Assembly (NCBI GenBank): GCA_019058365.1
Contig: JAHPZE010000013.1
Location: 32,001-96,000, forward strand
Length of the DNA stretch: 64,000 bases
From: Promethearchaeota archaeon
GTDB lineage: Archaea; Asgardarchaeota; Lokiarchaeia; Sigyniarchaeales; SOKP01
Direction of reading: 5' to 3'
Position 1 is the stretch's first letter; each line of letters opens with the position of its first letter. Position numbers and translations under genes: made by a program. Below the pieces are notes generated by a model. That model ran no database searches. It saw only the letters and a list, made by a program, of their open reading frames with translations, and had not been told where the DNA came from. Below, piece after piece: positions 18,943-28,712 of the stretch.

Positions 18943-21216
18943 ATGAATTCGAATTTATTTATATCAAATGAAGTAGTTTTTAATATGATAAAATTACCGT
19001 ATTACACTATAGATCCAAATATTAGCCCAGATGATTATTATAGAATAGTAAAGGGTGCTGAATGGCAATTATTCAACAAACGCTTTTATCCTGCTACGTT
19101 TGGAAATAAAATACTATTTATTGGTAATAAAATAGAACCTCCTAAGAATTTAACAGTGGATAAATATAGATTTTCTTTATCAGAAGACAAAATTACATTA
19201 AATTCGATGGATCATAATTATATTCTTTCAAACATAATTCGTAATGTATTAAGACGACAAGCCTTTTCAAAAGGATACACTGGACCTGAAGGACAAAAAT
19301 TTTATAAAAGAAATCCATATAAAACAAAATTTTTTGCATTTCATGACGCTTTTTATTTAGAAACAGAAGTATTTCCCGATGGTAATATCGGTGTTTGGTT
19401 AGATCCTTCTACTAAATGGAAATGGCATTTGAAAGATTTAATAAATAGTTTAACCCCAGAAGAACAAGAGGATATCTATAAACAACTTGTTGGAAAAAAA
19501 ATTAAATATCCTAGTGTAAAAAGAAACCAACTTTATAAAGGAACTATTACCGAGGTTATTACTAGAACTTATAAAGAATATGAAATCAGTATAAACGGGG
19601 AAAACTATACCATTTTTGATTTTTGGATGAAATCAAGCGAAGATCATAGAAAGTGGTTGGCTAGGAATAAAATCTCACTGAAACCAGAAGGTTTTCCAAT
19701 AGTTATGGTTCAAATTCCAAACTTAAAATTCTCCATTCCTTATCCAGTTGAAGTTCTTGAGCTTGTTATTGACATCACTGATCCTTTAATTCCTTTAGAT
19801 ACATTTGACGAAAAAAAAATTCAGGCTCCCCTTAAAAGAATTAATGAGACATTTAATTTATTTGATCAGATCCTAAATCATGGCTTAGATTTAGGGGATT
19901 TTAAAATTACTTTTTCTCGACAATTATATAATTGGGAAAAGTCTCCTTACGGGACTATAATTTCTTTAGAAGCACCCAAACTTCAATTTGGGAATGATAA
20001 CACTATTGATCCATTAAAACCATGGCAAGATCCAGATATAAAGAGTGGAATGTTTCAATTTGGACCAGTAGATAAAAAAAAAGAAATAAAGGTATCTTAT
20101 ATAGGTCCATCAAGTGAAAAAGATAATTTTATGACATTTAATAAGTACTTGAATCTTCATGCTAAAAAACTGCATTTAGGAACTTTTGAGCTCACGAATA
20201 TTTTTCCTATTGATAGAATTCATCCAGATAGGTATTTGCGTATATGTCAAAGTGTTGGTCAACAAATAGAGAATCAAATATCATTTGTCATTTTACCTAA
20301 ATTTAAAACAACTAAAACCTATTACGCAGCAAAAAGAGGACTTGGAAAAAATTTTATAAAAAGTGCAATGATACAATGGAACACTTTTAAGAAACTTTTA
20401 AGTGCCAGTTCTCAAGGACGACTTTCATTTGAAAACTATAATATTGCTCTAAAAGCATATGGAAGATTTTTAGAAAGTGGAGAGGCGATCTGGCATCTTA
20501 AAGAACCTGCAGGAGGATTAAATGCTGCTACTAATAATTATTTTTTGGGATTTGATGTTTCACGTAATCCCGAAAGTAGAAAAGAAGCAGCTGCATATGC
20601 TGCAGTTTGTGATAATTATGGAAAAGTTCTCTATAAAAGCTCTATTGACTCGCATAGAGGAGAAAATATTATTTCTGAAATATTAAGTGATTGGTTCTTC
20701 GAAATTGCGACTTCTACGTATGATGAAATTGGAAATGAGAAAAAAATAGATTGTATGTACCTTTTTAAAGATGGACCTATTTCCCATCCACAGGTTAAGG
20801 AGTATGAAAAAGGATCACTTTTGGCAAAGGAGCGTTTGATGGAGGAGCATTTAATGACAAATGACTCTGATATTAAGACTATTGCGGTTATTAAGCGAGG
20901 TTTGCATAGATTCTATGGAGATGAAAAATTAGGATATAAGATTAACTATTCAGGATTAATTCGTAGCCCTAAAGAAGCGATTCTAATTACTTCTCGCCCA
21001 AGGTTTGGAACAGCGGCAACTACTCGAATTGAGCTTACTCATCAGATGAATAACAACATAGATATTTCTCAAATTGCTAAAATGTTTAATGATTTACGGT
21101 ATTTGGATTGGAATTCGTTATTTTCTCAACCAAAAACTATTTTACCACTTCATATTGTTCAGAATTTAGCTAAATTAAGTAAAGAAGATGTGATTGTACC
21201 TTATGATCCAAGGTAA
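18943..21216 (+). CDS. ago: Long prokaryotic Argonaute (N-L1-PAZ-L2-MID-PIWI)
   Basis: PAZ-like segment (TIFDFW...IPYPVEVL), L2 'APKLQFG', MID Y460/K464 (YYAAK), PIWI 'FLGFDVSR' (D538), 'RGE' (E574), 'FKDG' (D610), 'VIKR', 'LDWNS', 'LPLHIVQNLAK' (Q740). Confidence 0.93.
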   Translation: MNSNLFISNEVVFNMIKLPYYTIDPNISPDDYYRIVKGAEWQLFNKRFYPATFGNKILFIGNKIEPPKNLTVDKYRFSLSEDKITLNSMDHNYILSNIIRNVLRRQAFSKGYTGPEGQKFYKRNPYKTKFFAFHDAFYLETEVFPDGNIGVWLDPSTKWKWHLKDLINSLTPEEQEDIYKQLVGKKIKYPSVKRNQLYKGTITEVITRTYKEYEISINGENYTIFDFWMKSSEDHRKWLARNKISLKPEGFPIVMVQIPNLKFSIPYPVEVLELVIDITDPLIPLDTFDEKKIQAPLKRINETFNLFDQILNHGLDLGDFKITFSRQLYNWEKSPYGTIISLEAPKLQFGNDNTIDPLKPWQDPDIKSGMFQFGPVDKKKEIKVSYIGPSSEKDNFMTFNKYLNLHAKKLHLGTFELTNIFPIDRIHPDRYLRICQSVGQQIENQISFVILPKFKTTKTYYAAKRGLGKNFIKSAMIQWNTFKKLLSASSQGRLSFENYNIALKAYGRFLESGEAIWHLKEPAGGLNAATNNYFLGFDVSRNPESRKEAAAYAAVCDNYGKVLYKSSIDSHRGENIISEILSDWFFEIATSTYDEIGNEKKIDCMYLFKDGPISHPQVKEYEKGSLLAKERLMEEHLMTNDSDIKTIAVIKRGLHRFYGDEKLGYKINYSGLIRSPKEAILITSRPRFGTAATTRIELTHQMNNNIDISQIAKMFNDLRYLDWNSLFSQPKTILPLHIVQNLAKLSKEDVIVPYDPR

Positions 21217-21258
21217 AAATTCATATAGATGAATATCAAAAATTATATTATAGCAAAC

Positions 21259-21385
21259 AAGACAAAAATAAAAACTAAATTAAAACGATTGGAAAAGAAG
21301 AAAATTTATTTGAATAATTTGTGATTATAAAGGGAGGATAAATTATGCCAGAATTCTTGATTGAATTTATTAATAATCAAAATGA
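21259..21385 (+). repeat. Direct repeat copy 1 (nurA upstream region, RBS and first codons)
   Basis: 127 bp with 3 mismatches versus 25760-25886 (offset 4501); contains GGGAGG RBS and ATG CCA GAA TTC TTG (MPEFLIEFINN). Confidence 0.95.
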
Positions 21386-21515
21386 GAAGATCATTTTTAA
21401 TTTGATATATTTATGCAGGATGATAATTAATCATTTTCATTCTTTAAAGAAAAAATTCTATAATGCAAAAAATTTTAAATTAAAACATTAAGGTTAGAAT
21501 CTTAAGGTGCCATAG

Positions 21516-24500
21516 ATGGGATCAATCCAAGAAGAAAAGAAGAAAAGAAAGAGAAATGAAAAAGAAGAAGAGAAACTCGAGAAGGTAGAGAAGAAATCAA
21601 TGAAGAAAGAAGATATAAAAAAAGAATCCAAAATTATACAAACAGTCATCGATAGAAAGGAAATTGTAGAAGATAGCATTAAAGCAAAAGAAGAAGAAAA
21701 ATCAGAGGGTAAAGAAAAGAAAATATCCCTCACGGAAGATGAAAGACTAATTCTAATGACACTAAATTTCGTGGATAGGCATAAAGGCGGGTTGAGCATA
21801 ACGGGATTTCAGATAAAAGATTTCTTGCAGTTAATCTTTTTAGGTAAAGATGTTGATAAGCTTTACTTTCAGTTAAAAGAAAAGGAATTTATCGTTAGGA
21901 GGAGAGATTCAGAGGATTTCTCTGTTTCATTTGAGGGACGACAAGTAGCGGAAAAGCAAGATGATTTATTAAAACACATTTTTATTGAAATCGGAAGGAA
22001 ATTAGAAGATTTCTTGAGTGAGAGTGGAATATTAAAGAGAGTGCTTTATTTTGCCCAAGAAAATAAATGGAGTTTCAGACAATACCTTCCGAGAATTATA
22101 CTTAGCTTAGATGAATTGGAACAAGTATTAACTATTTTTTTCTTAGACGATTTGTTCTTGGACATTCCAGCTGTTAGTAAAGTGATTAGGAAATTAAGGA
22201 AGGAGCAACAATCCAAAATACAAGAAGTATTGGCAAATTACTGCAAAGATTTAGATTTCCTGAAAACTCTTGCTATATTGAAAATGGACGAGATTAAGGA
22301 TAAATTAGGTGTAGAAACCGTTAGTATAGTCCATTACAAGCCATTTAAAGACATCCTTTCGGAAGTCGTGGAAAAGTCAAAAATAGAAGAAATCTTGGAA
22401 AAATTGCTCCTATTGGGAATCACCGAATCATATAACTTCTTCGGAATCGATACCCTATCGATTCTAATGAGTGAGGAAAATATCTCCAAGCTAAAGAATT
22501 GGATGGCATTTGATGAGGATGCGTTCAAAAGGCAATTAGAAACCAACTGGAACATATTTATAAATGCAAAAAATGCGGTAGAAAACGCAGTGCTCTTTGA
22601 TTTTAAGGGATTAATAAAATCCAAAGCTGTTTTATTTTATAAAAATAATGTCTTGGTCAGAAAGGAAGTGAAAGGTGCTTTTGTAGAAGTGTATGAAAAA
22701 GTTAAGGAGAAATTGAAAAATAAGATTAAAGAAATAGAAAATGTCCTTATATCTCCATTTTATGAGGTTAATAGGGATGAATTAAAACAATTTAGGGGAA
22801 AGATCATAATTGTATTGCACGCAGTTGATTGGTGGACGAAAAAATATTACTTTCCCGTAATTAGAGAAGAAGAATTGGTAAATAATGTGATTCTTCTCAT
22901 TTCTCCAAAAGAAATCGGTTTTCGTTTAGATAAAGCACTGAATTATTCTAATAGTCAAAGAGTATTGGAAATACCAGATAAAAATGTGGAATTTAATGCG
23001 GTGGGCGAAATTGATAATATTGAGTTAGTTAAATCAATTTTAAATGTTTGCGAATGGGTTTTGGAAGAAGAATATTATTCTGTAAAAAGAGCTAAAGAGA
23101 TTATATATGAAAAACAATACCCTCCAATATCTATAGAACAAGCAATAAATCAATTAAAAGAAGGAATGAGAGAGATCGATGGTAAAGTCTTAATAGATGC
23201 ATTATTAATCTCTATAAATAAACCAACTAATTATAGTGGAACTTTTATCTATAGAGATAATGGGCAGTTTACTAAAAATCATTTATGGTATCATTTGGAA
23301 AATATACTTAAACTGAAATATAATTTAAAAGGAGATCATTTCATTAAAATTAAAGAAAGTCTTGAAGAATTAATTGAAGGAAAGGCAAGGATGGATCTAT
23401 TTACTTTAGGATTAGGTTCTAGACCTGGTTCTGACATATATTACTCTAAGGAAAAAAAACTTTTATCCATAATATTTAATAATTATAATGTAAAATCTAT
23501 TATCTTATCTTCAATAGAAAGGTTAGATCAAATATCAATAGAAATTGTTTGGATTTATCTTAAACTTTTTATTAAAATTGAAGTGAATATCGATGTTAAT
23601 AGATTTAAAACTATTTATGAGATTATATTTAATAAAAAAATAGAGAATGATAATGATATTATAAATGCTATTAATAAAACGGGAATCTCTATTGCAGTGA
23701 AAAGAGGTACTCATTTTAGTCATTACAGATTTCCATATATTTTAGATAATGAATTAGATATCGAATTACTCTCTTTTCTAGAAAAACGAATACAAATTAC
23801 TCAACCTAATTATGATACTTTTATTAAATTATATAAAAAGAAGATTATTGAATTAGTTGGTTTGGATTATCTCTTGAATAATGATGGATATTGTAGAAGA
23901 AATAATTTAAGAGAGTTCTTGTGGAAGGTCTCTCTGGAAGCGTGGGATAAATTTGATTCATATGAGGGATTGATATCATCAAAAGAAAGTGAGATAATAG
24001 CTTTAAATCCACTTTTACTAGATGAGTTGAGGGTATTTCTAAGTGTTCGTAAAAGAAAAATAATTGAAAGCCAAGAAAGATTGAAAGAGGTAGTATTATC
24101 ATCGAAAATAATTGATTCGTTAATAGAACTTGACGAAGATCTGGTTATTCTAAAGGGATTTATAACATTACAGAATAAAGAAGATATAACAGTGATAATA
24201 GTCCCTTGGTATCTACCAATGTACGAGAAATATCTTGGAGAGAAGGCATTAATTGTAATAACTGACCAACCCGACTACAAAACTTTTATAGACACCATTA
24301 AAGCTATTAATAAAGAAATAACATTAATATTCTTAAAAGATAACCTATTTTACCTATTTTCTACCTTTAGAAATGTTAATTTTATAAATTCCTTACTATC
24401 AAAACTGGAAGAGCACGGTTTTGCATTAATCTCAAAAGAAATTTTGTCTTTAGAAACTTCGGAAGAATCGAGGGTGAAGGAAGAGTTAATTACACTACAG

Positions 24501-25682
24501 GCAGAAAAAGAAGAAACAGGTGAAATATTCGAAGTGAAAGAATTAGATCTATTTGGAGAATTATTCGATACAGACTTGAAGGGCTTTCCTATTGGGTTGG
24601 GAACGGAAGATCCAGTAGTATTGATACTTTCTAAGACGGAAGACGACAATTACAGTGCCACTCTCCAGATATTATGTAGAGAAATATATAGAGAACTAAT
24701 TAAAGGCTTGCCCCTCCCGAAAAGAATAACAGAAGAAAGAATAGAGGAAGAAACGGATGTGAGTGATAGAATCATATTCGTTGACGATGATAAAGCAAAG
24801 AAACTTGGTTTTGGAAAAATATCACGCAATGAGAATATTAACTGGGTTAATCTTGGCAAGAAGCTACAAGAATTCTATTCTCAATACTTTGGTTTCTATA
24901 TTTTTGAAATTCCGATGGATAAAAAGGAAGAATTTAAAGAAAAACTCATAACTCATACTAAAGATCTTAGACCCAGAATAATCCAAGTAAAGCCCTTATA
25001 TTTAGGAAGAAGAATTATTTTAGATATTACCGAAGAAGGAATTAAGGAGATTTCTGACTTGGTTAAGTTCAAGAAGAAGATATGTAGCCTAATATGGGGA
25101 TTTGTAACACCGAAGGGCGACGATAGATGGGAGCGGGGAGATAACTTCGATAACTTCTTTAGTAGTTGCGAAAGTGAATATAATAAAAGATTAAGAAATA
25201 TGGAGATTGAGAAGATTAATGTTGAGGGTAAAGAAATGAGTGTTCCAATTCTAGTTAATAGAGGTGTAAACGAGAGTGATCTGCATTTTCGAATCAAGGT
25301 CTTTATTGTAAAATACTTGTATGAAACAAAGAAATATTCAAGGGGTTCTGTAAAAACAGAACAAAAAATAGATGGAAAAGAAATTTACCCTGATATCCAA
25401 GCAGGTAAAATCATCTTCGAAGTAGAAACACTGTATAACTCTGAAAGACCATTGAGTAAGCTTGTAGAAAAGGTCAAAGATTATAAGAACGATGGAAAAA
25501 AGCTCATTATCGTGTTAAAAAATGTTGATGTTTTTCTATATTACACACAACTAATAGATTTGGAAGAAGAATTAAGGGATGAGGGTATGGATGTGGAGTT
25601 CAAATCTCTTAATTTAGGGGATAATATAATTTTTCACATAAAAGAAATTGGTAAGTCTTACCATTCTTTCTTTAAAAAATAG
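21516..25682 (+). CDS. 1388-aa protein with K/E-rich N-terminus, wHTH-like segment and C-terminal PD-(D/E)xK-like nuclease domain
   Basis: C-terminal 'ESDLHFRIKVFIVKYL...TEQ...YPDIQAGKIIFEVETLY' fits a restriction-endonuclease-like fold. N-terminal 'LTEDERLILMTL...SVSFEGRQVA' is wHTH-like. Confidence 0.6.
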   Translation: MGSIQEEKKKRKRNEKEEEKLEKVEKKSMKKEDIKKESKIIQTVIDRKEIVEDSIKAKEEEKSEGKEKKISLTEDERLILMTLNFVDRHKGGLSITGFQIKDFLQLIFLGKDVDKLYFQLKEKEFIVRRRDSEDFSVSFEGRQVAEKQDDLLKHIFIEIGRKLEDFLSESGILKRVLYFAQENKWSFRQYLPRIILSLDELEQVLTIFFLDDLFLDIPAVSKVIRKLRKEQQSKIQEVLANYCKDLDFLKTLAILKMDEIKDKLGVETVSIVHYKPFKDILSEVVEKSKIEEILEKLLLLGITESYNFFGIDTLSILMSEENISKLKNWMAFDEDAFKRQLETNWNIFINAKNAVENAVLFDFKGLIKSKAVLFYKNNVLVRKEVKGAFVEVYEKVKEKLKNKIKEIENVLISPFYEVNRDELKQFRGKIIIVLHAVDWWTKKYYFPVIREEELVNNVILLISPKEIGFRLDKALNYSNSQRVLEIPDKNVEFNAVGEIDNIELVKSILNVCEWVLEEEYYSVKRAKEIIYEKQYPPISIEQAINQLKEGMREIDGKVLIDALLISINKPTNYSGTFIYRDNGQFTKNHLWYHLENILKLKYNLKGDHFIKIKESLEELIEGKARMDLFTLGLGSRPGSDIYYSKEKKLLSIIFNNYNVKSIILSSIERLDQISIEIVWIYLKLFIKIEVNIDVNRFKTIYEIIFNKKIENDNDIINAINKTGISIAVKRGTHFSHYRFPYILDNELDIELLSFLEKRIQITQPNYDTFIKLYKKKIIELVGLDYLLNNDGYCRRNNLREFLWKVSLEAWDKFDSYEGLISSKESEIIALNPLLLDELRVFLSVRKRKIIESQERLKEVVLSSKIIDSLIELDEDLVILKGFITLQNKEDITVIIVPWYLPMYEKYLGEKALIVITDQPDYKTFIDTIKAINKEITLIFLKDNLFYLFSTFRNVNFINSLLSKLEEHGFALISKEILSLETSEESRVKEELITLQAEKEETGEIFEVKELDLFGELFDTDLKGFPIGLGTEDPVVLILSKTEDDNYSATLQILCREIYRELIKGLPLPKRITEERIEEETDVSDRIIFVDDDKAKKLGFGKISRNENINWVNLGKKLQEFYSQYFGFYIFEIPMDKKEEFKEKLITHTKDLRPRIIQVKPLYLGRRIILDITEEGIKEISDLVKFKKKICSLIWGFVTPKGDDRWERGDNFDNFFSSCESEYNKRLRNMEIEKINVEGKEMSVPILVNRGVNESDLHFRIKVFIVKYLYETKKYSRGSVKTEQKIDGKEIYPDIQAGKIIFEVETLYNSERPLSKLVEKVKDYKNDGKKLIIVLKNVDVFLYYTQLIDLEEELRDEGMDVEFKSLNLGDNIIFHIKEIGKSYHSFFKK

Positions 25683-25759
25683 TATAAATAGAGCTTTAAA
25701 TATAATTGTAATTGGAATCTATTTCAGATTTTATTAAATTTGAAAATATTAGAGCATTT

Positions 25760-25886
25760 AAGACAAAAATGAAAACTAAATTAAAACAATTGGAAAAGAA
25801 GAAAATTTATTTGAATAATTTGTGATTATAAAGGGAGGATAAATTATGCCAGAATTCTTGATTGAATTTATTAATAATCTAAATGA
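25760..25886 (+). repeat. Direct repeat copy 2 (functional nurA 5' region)
   Basis: Matches 21259-21385. Confidence 0.95.
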
Positions 25887-27108
25887 AAAAACCAAGCGAA
25901 TTTTAGAGAATTTTGAAAATAAGGAAATTAATAAGCTATACGAGAAGTTATTTCCTTTTTATTGGATTGATCATGACATAGAAAATCATGATCCCACTCA
26001 AGAGGTAATAGCTATTGATAGTAGTAGGGGGCATTGTCCGACTAATAATGGTGGATTTTTTTTTGTTTCTAGAGCTATGGCTTATGGAAATCAAAAAAAA
26101 TATAAAGAAGTTTATACAGATTTTGACTTTTCAAATGTTAAAACACAATCTGATTATATTGGAAGAGTAATGGAATGGACGGAGCATTCAGTCGCAATAC
26201 AAGCTATTAAAAAGGGATTTACAAAGTATGTTTTAATTGATGGTTCTATTTATGGGAGATTATCTCATTTACCAATGGAGTTGAACTTAGATAACAACAA
26301 GGGTTTTATGATTCAATATTTTGAGACTTACTTAAATCTATTGGATATATGTAAAAAGAAAAAAATACCTCTAATTGGTATTAGTAAAGAAAGTCGAACT
26401 TCCTTTTTCCGGGAGTTTTTAATAAAACAAATATTAAAAAGTAAAATTTCAAACTCCCAATTACTAAATAAATTACTTTCAGAAGCTTTAGATTTTCCAA
26501 AAAATGCAATTAAACTTGCAAAAAGTACAAAAGATGACGATATCATTTTACTTACAGAAGAACTTATTGCCCGAAAACCAGACTCTTTATTGATTTTAAA
26601 TAATGCTCATCACGCAGGATATACAAAACCACTTATATTAGGGGGAAGTGCGAGATGGCGACGGGCTGAAAAGAAAATTAAGGTGGATTCAAAGGGTTAT
26701 ATTGAGTCTAGCTTTCCAATATTATCAGAAGATATTAAATTTTTAAATCAAGCTAAAAAAATTATTACTAAGATGCTGGATTTTCCGAGCATCGTGTCTT
26801 TTCATATTCTACCCATCCTCGCAGATACACCTTTAAGAATAGATATTCCATCATGGTATTTTGGTATAGATAGAAGGCTTTTAGATGTTGGGTGGCCTGA
26901 AGTAGTAAATTTGGACTTAAGTGAAATCCTTAAATTAATCTCAGCAGGTTATTGTGGATTGGGAAATTATAATATTTGGCTTACAGCCGTGGATAATGAA
27001 GTTAGATTATCCAGAAAAGATTTTGAAGAATTATATTTAAAAAAGTTTGAAGAAATTATAGGTAAAAAAGCAACACCAAGAGGTTATAGACGTGTTAGAT
27101 ACCCGTAA
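25846..27108 (+). CDS. nurA: NurA 5'-3' nuclease
   Basis: VIAIDSS, VLIDGS, GISKES and terminal LTAVDNEVR motifs; overlaps herA. Confidence 0.88.
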   Translation: MPEFLIEFINNLNEKTKRILENFENKEINKLYEKLFPFYWIDHDIENHDPTQEVIAIDSSRGHCPTNNGGFFFVSRAMAYGNQKKYKEVYTDFDFSNVKTQSDYIGRVMEWTEHSVAIQAIKKGFTKYVLIDGSIYGRLSHLPMELNLDNNKGFMIQYFETYLNLLDICKKKKIPLIGISKESRTSFFREFLIKQILKSKISNSQLLNKLLSEALDFPKNAIKLAKSTKDDDIILLTEELIARKPDSLLILNNAHHAGYTKPLILGGSARWRRAEKKIKVDSKGYIESSFPILSEDIKFLNQAKKIITKMLDFPSIVSFHILPILADTPLRIDIPSWYFGIDRRLLDVGWPEVVNLDLSEILKLISAGYCGLGNYNIWLTAVDNEVRLSRKDFEELYLKKFEEIIGKKATPRGYRRVRYP

Positions 27109-28705
27109 AATTGGAATTATAATAGGACAAGTAAAAACATCTGAATTTATTTTTGCAACTAACTATGATGTAAACCGGTTAGAATATGTAGCTATAGAAT
27201 CACAAGAATTAATAGAAACTGAGGAAGGGAACTTAGAAGAAATACCAATTGTAATAATAAGTCAGATATTTGAAGTATGGGCGGATTCAAGAGCGCTTCC
27301 TGAAGGTCTGAAAATTGAAGATGCAGAAAAAATTATGGCTGCAGGATTAGCAGATTCAAAATTTTTTGCTAAAACTCGTATCCTTGGATATTTACATGAA
27401 GAAAATGTCTTTCAGCCTAGAAGAGCGATAAATCCAGGTAATTTTGTACACATAGCTCCTAATGAACTTTTAGAACAATTTTATTCTTACCCAGAAGAAG
27501 AAGGATTGCATATAGGTCATTTAATTACTCGATCTGATGTTCCAGTATATATTACTGTAAATGGATTTAGAAGACACCTCTCTATATTGGCTCAAACAGG
27601 AGGGGGAAAAAGTTATTGTGCTGGGGTGCTCACAGAAGAATTACATAGAAAAGGAGCAACTATCGTGATCATAGACCCACACGCTGATTATGTGTTTTTG
27701 GGTTCAAGAATTGACGGAACAAGAATAGATCGCGTTAATGTTTTTAGAACGCCTCAAAGTACAGGGAGATATTCAGAAGTAGATATAGGAAGGATGATAC
27801 AACAATATGAAGTAAGGTTTTCTGATTTAACAATTGATGAAATTTTTATGATTAGCGGCATTCGTGAGTCATTTACTCGAATTAGAAATGCAGTACAAGA
27901 CGCATTAACTAATTTAAGAGAAAATTCGAGAGCAAATGCTGATAGACCCCTAGTAGGACCAGACGGTTATGATTTGAATGATTTATTACAAGAATTACAA
28001 GATTTAAATACTAATGATTCCAGGAATGCTGTAAGATATATAAGAAGGATTCATAGATTAGGAGTTTTTAGTAATGCTACTACTGATATCTCAAGAATCA
28101 TTCTTCCTCAACAAATTTCCGTAATTGATTTGTCAGGATTATCAGACAATGTAGCAGATTATATAACTAACCGAATTCTTTCTGAAATATATGAACAAAG
28201 GAGAAATGAAACTTACCCTTATCCTGTATTTATATTTATGGAAGAGGCACATAGATTCTTGCCAAATAAAGGAAGAACTTATTCCATTGAAACTGTCAAA
28301 GAAATTTCTGCTGAAGGACGGAAATTTGGAGTTTTTTTAACTTTAATTACGCAAAGACCATATAAAATTGATCAAGACGCTTTAAGCCAGTGTAATAGTC
28401 AAATAATATTACGAATCACAAACTCGGAAGATCAAAATGCAATAAGAACTAGTTCCGAAAAGTTGAGTGAAAGTTTACTTAATGATCTACCCGGCTTAAA
28501 TCCTGGAGAAGCTGTTATTGTTGGTAATTTGACAAGGGCACCAGTAATGGTAAAAATTCGAAGGCGAGTAACAAGAGAGGGTGGCGCGGATATTGATGTT
28601 GTTAGTAGCTTAAGAGCTGCCAGAGAAGTCGTTGAACAAGGAGAAGAAGAACAAGCAGAGCAGGCTCATGAGGAACTAGAAGAATTAAGAGAGATGTTGG
28701 AGTGA
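27092..28705 (+). CDS. herA: HerA helicase/translocase
   Basis: N-terminal HAS barrel, Walker A HLSILAQTGGGKS, IDPHADY, Walker B FMEEAHRF, EGRKFG, TQRP. Confidence 0.95.
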   Translation: MLDTRKIGIIIGQVKTSEFIFATNYDVNRLEYVAIESQELIETEEGNLEEIPIVIISQIFEVWADSRALPEGLKIEDAEKIMAAGLADSKFFAKTRILGYLHEENVFQPRRAINPGNFVHIAPNELLEQFYSYPEEEGLHIGHLITRSDVPVYITVNGFRRHLSILAQTGGGKSYCAGVLTEELHRKGATIVIIDPHADYVFLGSRIDGTRIDRVNVFRTPQSTGRYSEVDIGRMIQQYEVRFSDLTIDEIFMISGIRESFTRIRNAVQDALTNLRENSRANADRPLVGPDGYDLNDLLQELQDLNTNDSRNAVRYIRRIHRLGVFSNATTDISRIILPQQISVIDLSGLSDNVADYITNRILSEIYEQRRNETYPYPVFIFMEEAHRFLPNKGRTYSIETVKEISAEGRKFGVFLTLITQRPYKIDQDALSQCNSQIILRITNSEDQNAIRTSSEKLSESLLNDLPGLNPGEAVIVGNLTRAPVMVKIRRRVTREGGADIDVVSSLRAAREVVEQGEEEQAEQAHEELEELREMLE

Positions 28706-28712
28706 ATAACAT

